DNA from: Geotalea daltonii FRC-32
GTDB lineage: Bacteria > Desulfobacterota > Desulfuromonadia > Geobacterales > Geobacteraceae
NCBI RefSeq assembly: GCF_000022265.1
Contig: NC_011979.1
Span: 2,700,001-2,732,000 of the forward strand
Direction of reading: 5' to 3'
DNA: 32,000 nt
Shown in pieces: positions 1-7,389 of the stretch. Under the pieces are notes generated by a model that saw nothing but the letters and a program-made list of their open reading frames with translations, was not told the origin of the DNA and searched no databases. A program made the translations under genes and the position numbers. The first letter of the stretch is position 1. Each line of letters begins with the position of its first letter.

Positions 1-1
1 C

Positions 2-445
2 AAATATGCTTTGAAAGCTCTTATATACCTTTCCCGGACCAAAAAGGGAGAGCCTGTACTCATTGCCGATCTGGCAGAAGACGAGAAAATTCCCAAGAAA
101 TTCCTGGAGTTGATTCTACTTACATTGAAAAACAACGGCATTCTCCACAGCCGCAAGGGAAAGGGGGGAGGGTACTCCTTGGGCAAACTGCCCAGGGAAA
201 TAAGTATGGGCAGTGTCATCAGGATGTTGGAAGGGCCGTTGGCGCCTGTACCGTGTGTCAGTGAAACAGCCTATTCAAAATGTACCGAATGCGAGGATGA
301 GACTACCTGTGGAATAAGGCTGGTTATGAAAGATGTGCGTGACGCAATTACCCAGATCCTCGATCACACAACTTTGCAGGATGTTTTAGAACGTACGGAA
401 AGGGCAGCACTGCTGGAAAAAGGTGTTTTGAATTACGTGATATAA
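2..445 (+). CDS. Rrf2-family (IscR/CymR-like) transcriptional regulator, 5' end cut by window edge
   Basis: The frame is open from the window edge and reads [11 protein letters not shown]..., the N-terminal wHTH helix typical of Rrf2 proteins. TTG at 11 is therefore not the real start. The C-terminal half has 4 Cys ([21 protein letters not shown]), plausible Fe-S ligands. Stop TAA at 443-445. Confidence 0.85.
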   Translation, partial: KYALKALIYLSRTKKGEPVLIADLAEDEKIPKKFLELILLTLKNNGILHSRKGKGGGYSLGKLPREISMGSVIRMLEGPLAPVPCVSETAYSKCTECEDETTCGIRLVMKDVRDAITQILDHTTLQDVLERTERAALLEKGVLNYVI

Positions 446-451
446 ATTTTT

Positions 452-485
452 TTGCCAGTTTAGTCTATTTATTCTATAGACTAAA
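452..485 (+). promoter_or_regulatory. Sigma70-type promoter of the sulfate-binding-protein gene, overlapped by a perfect palindromic operator
   Basis: -35 TTGCCA (452-457), 17-nt spacer, -10 TATAGA (475-480). Perfect inverted repeat TTTAGTCTAT (459-468) / ATAGACTAAA (476-485) with a 7-nt spacer covers the promoter spacer and the -10. Confidence 0.6.
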
Positions 486-504
486 ACAAAAAGGAGATGA
501 AAAA

Positions 505-1512
505 ATGATCAGAATCAAGATGGCTGCAATTTTTGCGGGATTGGCCCTTGCTTTGCCTGGTGGTGCACTGGCGGAGGTAAACCTCTTGAACGTATCCTAT
601 GATCCCACCAGGGAACTGTATCAAGAGTACAACGCTGCTTTTTCCAGATATTGGAAAGGCAAAACAGGCCAGGATGTGACATTCAAGCAATCCCATGGCG
701 GCTCCGGCAAGCAGGCACGTGCTGTCATCGATGGTCTTGAGGCGGACGTGGTCACATTGGCTTTGGCTTACGACATCGATCAGATCCACGACAAGGCAAA
801 GCTGATTCCTGAAAACTGGCAGAAGCGCCTGCCCAACAACAGTGCCCCGTATACATCCACCATCGTTTTCCTGGTGCGCAAGGGCAACCCGAAAAAGATC
901 AAAGACTGGAATGATCTGGTCAAGCCTGGCGTCTCCATAATCACTCCCAATCCGAAAACTTCAGGCGGTGCCCGCTGGAATTATCTTGCTGCCTGGGCCT
1001 ATGCGCTTAAACAAAAGGGTGGCACTGATGTAAAGGCAAAGGAGTTTGTCGGTACACTCTTCAGGAATGTACCGGTTCTGGATTCGGGTGCCAGGGGATC
1101 AACAACCACTTTTGTGCAACGGGGTATCGGCGATGTTCTTCTGGCATGGGAAAATGAAGCTTTTCTTGCTGTCAATGAGCTGGGTAAGGACAAGTTTGAA
1201 ATAGTCGTTCCATCACTAAGCATTCTTGCCGAACCGTCGGTGAGCATTGTTGACAAGGTGGTTGATAAGAAGGGTACGCGCAAGGTTGCAGAAGAATATC
1301 TGAAATACCTGTACTCCAGGGAAGGCCAAGAGATCGCTGCCAATAACTATTACCGTCCACGGGATAAAAAAGTTGCAGCAAAATACGCCAAGGCTTTCCC
1401 CAAAGTGAAGCTTTTTACCATAGACGATGTCTTTGGTGGGTGGCGGAAAGCGCAATTGACACATTTTGCTGATGGTGGGGTCTTTGACCAGATTTACATA
1501 CCTACGAAATGA
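505..1512 (+). CDS. sbp: Sulfate/thiosulfate ABC-transporter periplasmic binding protein (Sbp/CysP family)
   Basis: 335 aa with a signal peptide (..[12 protein letters not shown]). Recognised Sbp/CysP blocks: [62 protein letters not shown] at 491-496. No cysTWA permease/ATPase genes follow. Confidence 0.9.
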   Translation: MIRIKMAAIFAGLALALPGGALAEVNLLNVSYDPTRELYQEYNAAFSRYWKGKTGQDVTFKQSHGGSGKQARAVIDGLEADVVTLALAYDIDQIHDKAKLIPENWQKRLPNNSAPYTSTIVFLVRKGNPKKIKDWNDLVKPGVSIITPNPKTSGGARWNYLAAWAYALKQKGGTDVKAKEFVGTLFRNVPVLDSGARGSTTTFVQRGIGDVLLAWENEAFLAVNELGKDKFEIVVPSLSILAEPSVSIVDKVVDKKGTRKVAEEYLKYLYSREGQEIAANNYYRPRDKKVAAKYAKAFPKVKLFTIDDVFGGWRKAQLTHFADGGVFDQIYIPTK

Positions 1513-1560
1513 AATTGACGTCCAGGTGATCGATCGAGCGCGGTAGAGGAGGCAACCAAC

Positions 1561-1725
1561 ATGGGTGATGGTGGAGTCAACGGGACGCAGGAACAATGGA
1601 ACGTGGAGTTGGAGCGTAAAATTCGTAATGCGCTGCAGTCAATTAAATTCGGGACCGTGACTCTTGTGATTCAGGACGGCAAGGTAATTCAAATCGACAA
1701 GAACGAAAAAATCCGGCTGACCTGA
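1561..1725 (+). CDS. YezD/DUF2292-family small protein (54 aa), not in the supplied ORF track
   Basis: Hand translation: MGDGGVNGTQEQWNVELERKIRNALQSIKFGTVTLVIQDGKVIQIDKNEKIRLT*. The core IKFGTVTLVIQDGKVIQIDKNEKIRL matches the DUF2292 signature as I remember it. GAGGAGG RBS at 1546-1552, 8 nt before the ATG. Confidence 0.7.
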   Translation: MGDGGVNGTQEQWNVELERKIRNALQSIKFGTVTLVIQDGKVIQIDKNEKIRLT

Positions 1726-1774
1726 AGCCGCCAGGGGATGGTATCGGCAATCAGCTGGCATCATGGAGGCTGCC

Positions 1775-2602
1775 ATGGCAGAACATATTATTGTTGTAGG
1801 CAAGGGGGGGGTAGGTAAATCCACCACTTCTGCTAATCTGGCTGCAGCTTTGGCGGAGGCCGGGCATCGGGTCGTCTTGATCGGTTATGATCCCCGTTGG
1901 AGCGCAACCGCCACCCTGCGTGGCACCTCGCCTCTGCTGCCGGTTCCTGAATGGCAGAACGGAGACGTGGTTCCCCATTATGCTGTCGGTTTCAAGGGAG
2001 CCCTCTGCATAGAAGCAGGGGAGCTTACCATTGAGGGGGAAACTTCCCGTAGTGCGGAACTCCTGTACCACCCGCTATTAGTACGGCATCGTCCCAATTT
2101 TATAGTTCATGATGTGGCATGGGAACCGGGGGCTTCCTTCTTGTTGCCGCCTGCTTCTGAAGGTGTGCCAAGGCTTCTGGTGGTCACATCGGGGGACATG
2201 ACGTCAATCAATGTCGTTAATGAACTCTTCAGTTGGTTGAATACTGTGGCATCAAGCAATTGCCGTTTTAGTGGGGTAGTGATCAATAATCTGAAGGGAC
2301 CTCTCTATGAATCGATCATTTCCGATTTTGTCTCCAGGACCGGCACTGTCGTTATGGCCAGTGTCCCCCATTCCGTAATGGTATCGGTGAGTGATTTTTA
2401 TAACCAGACTTTGATCGAGGCCGCTCCCTGGTCACATAATGCCTATGCCTACCGCAAATTGGCACGCCAGATCGAAGATTCTGCCGTGGTTCCCCGGCCG
2501 GTTTATCTCAACGGAGAAGAACTTGCAAATTGGGCAAGGAAGTGGGGAGAAATAATTTCAGAACTGGAGACAGGGGTAGTAAGGGACGGTTCAAGCATAT
2601 GA
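1775..2602 (+). CDS. Divergent NifH/BchL-family ATPase paralog lacking both [4Fe-4S] cysteine ligands
   Basis: P-loop GKGGVGKST is present. The family-specific C-terminus (ELANWARKWGEIISELETGVVR) is shared with the canonical paralog at 3923. Where that paralog has GVGCAGRG and DVVCGGF, this one has TIEGETSRS and AWEPGASF. I prefer the start at ATG 1775 (GGAGG at 1765-1769, 5-nt spacing) over ATG 1763. Confidence 0.8.
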   Translation: MAEHIIVVGKGGVGKSTTSANLAAALAEAGHRVVLIGYDPRWSATATLRGTSPLLPVPEWQNGDVVPHYAVGFKGALCIEAGELTIEGETSRSAELLYHPLLVRHRPNFIVHDVAWEPGASFLLPPASEGVPRLLVVTSGDMTSINVVNELFSWLNTVASSNCRFSGVVINNLKGPLYESIISDFVSRTGTVVMASVPHSVMVSVSDFYNQTLIEAAPWSHNAYAYRKLARQIEDSAVVPRPVYLNGEELANWARKWGEIISELETGVVRDGSSI

Positions 2603-2658
2603 CAGGTGACAGCTCATTGCATCAGATCCTGTGGTGGAATTGGGCAGCATAAAAAAGC

Positions 2659-2708
2659 TTGACAATAAAATCTTTTTCCGTTATTAATCTATCTAAAAGA
2701 TAGACTAA
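2659..2708 (+). promoter_or_regulatory. Sigma70-type promoter plus palindromic operator upstream of the NifB-like gene
   Basis: -35 TTGACA (2659-2664), 17-nt spacer, -10 TATTAA (2682-2687). Operator TTAATCTAT (2684-2692)-N7-ATAGACTAA (2700-2708) has the same 9-7-9 architecture as the site at 459-485. Confidence 0.6.
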
Positions 2709-2728
2709 TAAGTTTAATCAATTTCAAA

Positions 2729-2781
2729 GGCTCACTGGACAAACCGGAGGCCAAGGATATTTTCCTTGGCCTCTTTTTTTT
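2729..2781 (+). terminator. Leader hairpin module copy A: small hairpin plus intrinsic-terminator-like stem and T8, between promoter and start codon
   Basis: The small stem is CTGG-acaaa-CCGG (one G-U pair). The 11-bp stem is GAGGCCAAGGA (2747-2757) / TCCTTGGCCTC (2763-2773) with a 5-nt loop, then T8 (2774-2781). The leader contains no ATG, so it is not a leader-peptide attenuator. Confidence 0.55.
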
Positions 2782-2802
2782 CAGCAACGGAGGGGGATAC
2801 CC

Positions 2803-3678
2803 ATGGCGAGTACATGCTCGGGCAGGAACAACATTCAGGGTCATCCCTGTTTCGGCGGCAACAGACACAAAAATGGCCGGATTCATCTGGCTGTGGCACC
2901 TCGCTGCAACATACAGTGTGGTTATTGCACCCGCAGGCATGACTGCGTCAATGAGTCCCGCCCTGGCGTTACCAGCCGGATCCAGACGCCGCAGGAAGCT
3001 CTTGAGACCGTACGTGCCGTCATGAAAAACGACTTGAGCGATATTATCAAGGTGGTCGGTATAGCAGGCCCAGGGGACCCCCTGGCCAACGAAGAGACAT
3101 TCGAGACCTTTCGGCTGGTCGGGGAAGAGTTTCCTCAGCTGATCAAATGTCTGAGCACCAATGGGCTGCTTCTCCCGGAGTCATTGGATAGTCTTGCCGA
3201 ACTCGGCCTTGGCAGCCTTACGGTAACGATCAATGCCATAGATCCGGTGATCGCCGGACGGATTTACAAGCATGTCCTGTACCAGGGCAAACGATATAGC
3301 GGCAGAGAAGGAGGCGAGCTGATCATCTCCAGACAGTTTGCCGGTGTAGAAAGGGCGGTTGAACTGGGCCTGACCGTGAAGGTGAACAGTGTCCTGATTC
3401 CAGGCGTGAATGAGCAGCAGATCGGACTCATAGCAGAAAGGATCAAAAAATCAGGGGCATTCGTCATGAATGTCATGCCCCTTATACCCCAGGCGGACTT
3501 TGCCCACATTGTTCCACCTTCACCCGAGGAGCTTGAACTGGTATGCACCGCCAACGAAAAAATCATCGGCCAGTTCCGCCATTGTCGGCAATGCCGCGCA
3601 GATGCCATCGGGCTCATAGGGCAGGACAGTCAGGGCGCCGACAGCGGCTGTTCCATAAGCCAATTGGCCGTCGTCTGA
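2803..3678 (+). CDS. NifB-like radical SAM protein (SAM domain only, no fused NifX domain)
   Basis: 291 aa. Motifs: HPCF, APRCNIQCGYCTR (CxxxCxxC radical-SAM), ESRPGV, GIAGPGDPLAN, LSTNGLLLP, TVTINAIDP, KVNSVLIPGVN, HCRQCRADAIG. All are classic NifB blocks. GGAGGGGG RBS at 2790-2797. Confidence 0.9.
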   Translation: MASTCSGRNNIQGHPCFGGNRHKNGRIHLAVAPRCNIQCGYCTRRHDCVNESRPGVTSRIQTPQEALETVRAVMKNDLSDIIKVVGIAGPGDPLANEETFETFRLVGEEFPQLIKCLSTNGLLLPESLDSLAELGLGSLTVTINAIDPVIAGRIYKHVLYQGKRYSGREGGELIISRQFAGVERAVELGLTVKVNSVLIPGVNEQQIGLIAERIKKSGAFVMNVMPLIPQADFAHIVPPSPEELELVCTANEKIIGQFRHCRQCRADAIGLIGQDSQGADSGCSISQLAVV

Positions 3679-3713
3679 GAAAACATTTCTTCAACTGGTT
3701 GTAGAGGTGCAAT

Positions 3714-3893
3714 ATGACGCAAGTTCCTGTAATCATTAGAAAATGTTCGGATTCCCTGCCAGAGGGGGCACTGGACACGCTGGCCGAAATGGTAAAAGGG
3801 GTGCGCTATGGGTCCATCACCCTGGTGGTGCAGAACGGCAGGTTGGCACAGATAGACAAGACAGAGAAGTTTCGGTTGAGCAAGGCACAATAA
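3714..3893 (+). CDS. YezD/DUF2292-family small protein (59 aa), not in the supplied ORF track
   Basis: Hand translation: [59 protein letters not shown]. It has the same core as the 1561 ORF ([26 protein letters not shown]). Stop TAA at 3891-3893. Confidence 0.7.
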   Translation: MTQVPVIIRKCSDSLPEGALDTLAEMVKGVRYGSITLVVQNGRLAQIDKTEKFRLSKAQ

Positions 3894-3922
3894 TTCATGG
3901 AAAGAGAAAAGGAGCAGAAACA

Positions 3923-4801
3923 ATGTCCCAGAAAAAAGTAAAAACCATTGCAATCTACGGTAAAGGAGGAATCGGCAAATCGACGACCACCTCAAACATC
4001 ACGGCAGCCCTGTCGACACTGGGTCTCAAGGTGATGCAGATCGGCTGCGACCCCAAGAGCGATTCCACCACAACCTTGAGGGGAGGGGGCTACATACCGA
4101 CCATCCTTGATACGCTCAGGGACAAGAAGTCGGTCAAATCCAACGAAATCATCTTCGATGGCTTCAATGGAATCTATTGCGTAGAAGCAGGCGGTCCAGC
4201 CCCTGGAGTAGGCTGTGCCGGCCGCGGCATCATCACTTCGGTGGAACTTCTCAAGCAGCTCAGAGTCTTCGACGAACTGGACCTGGACGTGGTGGTCTAT
4301 GACGTTCTGGGGGACGTCGTATGCGGCGGGTTTGCGGTACCGATCAGGGAAGGGATTGCCGATCATGTCTTTACCGTTTCTTCATCCGACTTCATGGCCA
4401 TCTATGCCGCCAACAACCTTTTCAAGGGGATCCAGAAATATTCCAATAACGGCGGCGCCCTCCTTGGCGGCGTTATCGCCAACTCCGTCAACACCGGCTA
4501 TGCCAAAGAGATCATAGACGATTTCGTCACCCAGACAAAAACCCAGGTGATCGAGTACGTGCCCCGATCGGTCACGGTCACCCAGAGCGAGCTGCAGGGC
4601 AAAACCACCATCGAAGCCTTCCCCGAGTCCGAGCAGGCAAAGGTTTACCGGGGCCTGGCCCAGAAGATCTACGATCACACCGAATCAAAGGTTCCGACAC
4701 CCCTGAACGACAAGGAACTCCATGAGTGGGCCTTCAAATGGGCCGATACCCTGCTTGCCATGGAGACCGGAGAAGTCCGCAGCAAAGCAGCGAATATTTA
4801 A
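3923..4801 (+). CDS. Canonical NifH-like Fe-protein (nitrogenase-like reductase component)
   Basis: Motifs: [39 protein letters not shown] (Cys97 equivalent), [15 protein letters not shown] (Cys132 equivalent). The true start is ATG 3923 (AAAAGGAG at 3907-3914). The 60-aa N-terminal extension in the ORF track (from 3743) overlaps the yezD-like ORF and is rejected. Confidence 0.9.
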   Translation: MSQKKVKTIAIYGKGGIGKSTTTSNITAALSTLGLKVMQIGCDPKSDSTTTLRGGGYIPTILDTLRDKKSVKSNEIIFDGFNGIYCVEAGGPAPGVGCAGRGIITSVELLKQLRVFDELDLDVVVYDVLGDVVCGGFAVPIREGIADHVFTVSSSDFMAIYAANNLFKGIQKYSNNGGALLGGVIANSVNTGYAKEIIDDFVTQTKTQVIEYVPRSVTVTQSELQGKTTIEAFPESEQAKVYRGLAQKIYDHTESKVPTPLNDKELHEWAFKWADTLLAMETGEVRSKAANI

Positions 4802-4836
4802 ATTTATAACATCTCACATATCAGGAGGAATTTCAG

Positions 4837-5763
4837 ATGGGACGCATTTACAACAATTTAACTGACCTTATCGGCGGAACACCGCTACTTCATCTGCACC
4901 GGCTGGGCAAAGGGCTCGGCGCCGATATTATCGCAAAGCTTGAATCCTTCAACCCCGGCGGCAGCGTCAAAGACCGCATCGGCTTCTCCATGATCAAGGC
5001 CGCCGAAGAAAAAGGGCTGTTGAAAAAAGACTCGGTCATTATCGAGCCAACCAGCGGCAATACCGGCATAGCCCTGGCCTTTGTCGCCGCCGCCCGCGGT
5101 TATCGGCTGATCCTGACCATGCCCGACACCATGAGCATTGAAAGGCGGAACCTGCTCAGGGCCTACGGTGCGGAACTCGTATTGACACCAGGCGCCAAGG
5201 GAATGAAAGGAGCCATCGAGGCGGCAGATGAGTTGGCAGCCACTACTCCCAATTCATTCGTCCCACAGCAGTTCAAGAATCCGGCGAATCCCGCCATTCA
5301 CAGAGCCACCACAGCCGAAGAAATATGGGCTGATACCGACGGCAAGATCGACATCCTTGTTGGAGGCGTCGGTACCGGCGGCACCGTCACCGGTGTCGGC
5401 GAAGTCCTGAAGGAGCGCAAACCCGGCTTGCAGGTGATCGCAGTAGAACCATTCGATTCGCCGGTATTGTCCGGAGGAACCCCCGGTCCCCACAAAATCC
5501 AAGGTATCGGCGCCGGTTTTATCCCGGAGGTGCTCAATCAGTCAGTCGTCAACGAGGTCTACAAGGTCCGCAACGAAGAGGCATTCCTGACCGGAAGACG
5601 ACTTGCCCGGGAAGAGGGGCTTCTGGTGGGAATTTCCGGTGGTGCTGCAGCCTTCGCCGCTTTGCAGATTGCTGCCCGGCCGGAGAATGCCGGCAAAAAG
5701 ATCGTGGTGGTCCTCCCCGATACGGGCGAACGCTACCTTTCCACACCGCTTTTCGAAGAGTAG
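4837..5763 (+). CDS. cysK: Cysteine synthase A (O-acetylserine sulfhydrylase, PLP-dependent)
   Basis: 308 aa. Motifs: [20 protein letters not shown] (PLP lysine), [42 protein letters not shown] upstream. Confidence 0.95.
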   Translation: MGRIYNNLTDLIGGTPLLHLHRLGKGLGADIIAKLESFNPGGSVKDRIGFSMIKAAEEKGLLKKDSVIIEPTSGNTGIALAFVAAARGYRLILTMPDTMSIERRNLLRAYGAELVLTPGAKGMKGAIEAADELAATTPNSFVPQQFKNPANPAIHRATTAEEIWADTDGKIDILVGGVGTGGTVTGVGEVLKERKPGLQVIAVEPFDSPVLSGGTPGPHKIQGIGAGFIPEVLNQSVVNEVYKVRNEEAFLTGRRLAREEGLLVGISGGAAAFAALQIAARPENAGKKIVVVLPDTGERYLSTPLFEE

Positions 5764-5872
5764 GTCATGGGAAAGCGGTATCGGTGAGACAGGCTGGTTT
5801 GGTTCAAAAGGGTAGTAGGCCGTTCCCTTGGGAGTCGGAGGAAAAAAGCATTTTAGAAAAGGAAATAAATAC

Positions 5873-7387
5873 ATGAGCGAAAAAATTGACCTCAGTACAA
5901 ATAGCTGCCCCAACAGGGAACAGAGGGCAAACGGCGTCAACATTTTTTACGGCAAGGCCACGGAGCTGGTGGCTGACGCCCGTGCCGGAAAACTGAAGCA
6001 TCAAGAGCGGGCGTTTCAGCAGACTTCCGGCTGTATCCTCAACTTCTACCTGACTGTACGCGTCATGACGATCCGCGACGCCGTCATGATCGTCCACGCC
6101 CCGGTTGGCTGTTCGTCTTCCGCACTGGGATACCGGGAGCTGTTCAAGGGGATTCGGAAAGGGCTCGGGGGAATGCCGGAAGATTTCGAGTTCCATTGGC
6201 TCACCACCAACCTGAACGAACGTGATGTGGTGTACGGTGCCGCCGACAAGCTGAAGGCCGCCATTCATGAGGCCCAGAATCGCTACAATCCGAAGGCCAT
6301 CTTCATCATGTCTTCATGCACCTCAGGCATTATCGGCGAGGACATTGACGGTGTAGTGGCCGACATTCAACCGGAGATCTCAGCAACCATCGTTCCTGTC
6401 CATTGCGAAGGAACAAAATCGCGCCTGGTTCAGACCGGATATGACGTATTCTGGCATGCGGTTCTCAAGTACCTGGTGAAGCCACCGAAGAAAAAGCAGC
6501 CTGATCTGGTCAATATCGCCAGCATGTTGTCTTACACCTGGCAGGACAGAATGGAGATCACCCGGTTGCTGGGCAAGGTGGGGCTTCGCGTCAACTTCAT
6601 CCCGGAATTCGCCACTGTCGAGCAGTTTGAACAGCTCTCCGAGGCGGCGGTAACGGCGCCCATGTGTCCTTCCTATACGGATTACCTGTCGCGCGGCCTT
6701 GAGCAGGAATACGGAGTCCCGTTCTTCCTTTATCCTTCGCCGATCGGTATCGCGCACACCGACGAATGGCTGCGGACAATCGCCAAATATACCGGCAAGG
6801 AAAAAGAGGTTGAGGCGCTTATCGCTGAAGAACACGCCACCTGGGTTCCACAGCTGGAAAATATTCAGGGTGAGTTCAAGAGCCTGGCCCCCGAAGGTGA
6901 CAAACTTGATGTGCTCGGCTCCTTGGGACAAGGGCGGCTTCTGACGCAAACACCATTTTTCAACGAGCTTGGCGTCAAGGCAACCGCTGCCATAGTGCAG
7001 GACTTCGATAATCTGGTCCTGGATGAAATGGATAAGATGATCGAGGAAACAGGTGATTTCGATGTGCTGATCAATACTTTCCAGGCGGCAGAGGTCGCCC
7101 ACATTGCCAAGAATCGGGCACCGGACATCGTGCTGAGTTGCCCGTTCCAGGGGAGCGCCTATAAAAGGGACAAGGGGATGACCAGGATACACGCTCTGCG
7201 TGGTGACGCCCGTGAATGGAGCACCCAGGCCGGTTACAAGGGGGCGGTGGCTGCGGGAAATTTCCTGCTTCAGTCCACAAAGAACAAGTCATTTCAGCAG
7301 ACCATGAAGGCCAATACGGAAGAAACTTATACCGACTGGTGGTTTAAGCGGCCAAACCCGGTCTACCTGAAAGAGGAGGGGGCATAG
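5873..7387 (+). CDS. NifD-like subunit of nitrogenase-like enzyme, copy 1
   Basis: Cys-containing blocks sit where NifD has its P-cluster ligands: SGCILN, HAPVGCSS, SSCTSGIIGEDIDG. Cofactor-ligand-like positions are also present: TAPMCPSY and TRIHALRGD. Start taken at ATG 5873 (MSEKIDL), not the upstream alternative start at 5828. Confidence 0.85.
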   Translation: MSEKIDLSTNSCPNREQRANGVNIFYGKATELVADARAGKLKHQERAFQQTSGCILNFYLTVRVMTIRDAVMIVHAPVGCSSSALGYRELFKGIRKGLGGMPEDFEFHWLTTNLNERDVVYGAADKLKAAIHEAQNRYNPKAIFIMSSCTSGIIGEDIDGVVADIQPEISATIVPVHCEGTKSRLVQTGYDVFWHAVLKYLVKPPKKKQPDLVNIASMLSYTWQDRMEITRLLGKVGLRVNFIPEFATVEQFEQLSEAAVTAPMCPSYTDYLSRGLEQEYGVPFFLYPSPIGIAHTDEWLRTIAKYTGKEKEVEALIAEEHATWVPQLENIQGEFKSLAPEGDKLDVLGSLGQGRLLTQTPFFNELGVKATAAIVQDFDNLVLDEMDKMIEETGDFDVLINTFQAAEVAHIAKNRAPDIVLSCPFQGSAYKRDKGMTRIHALRGDAREWSTQAGYKGAVAAGNFLLQSTKNKSFQQTMKANTEETYTDWWFKRPNPVYLKEEGA

Positions 7388-7389
7388 CA

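Noticed and set aside
3743-3922. N-terminal extensions given by the ORF track (3743 for nifH-like, 5828 for nifD-like, 19741 for the SBP, 24959 for cbiO, 25826 for cusB, 31816 for hgcB, 31341 for the AhpD-like gene)
   Set aside because: In each case an internal start with a proper Shine-Dalgarno sequence gives the normal family N-terminus. The extension overlaps the upstream gene or leader and has junk composition.
6380-7192. 270-aa minus-strand ORF, along with similar long antisense ORFs at 15826-16704, 25061-25762, 25450-26073, 28527-29210, 29644-30252, 23808-24449 and 11681-12250
   Set aside because: Each lies entirely inside a well-supported plus-strand gene. They lack an RBS and have Arg/Gly/Pro-rich, low-information composition typical of shadow frames in GC-rich coding DNA.
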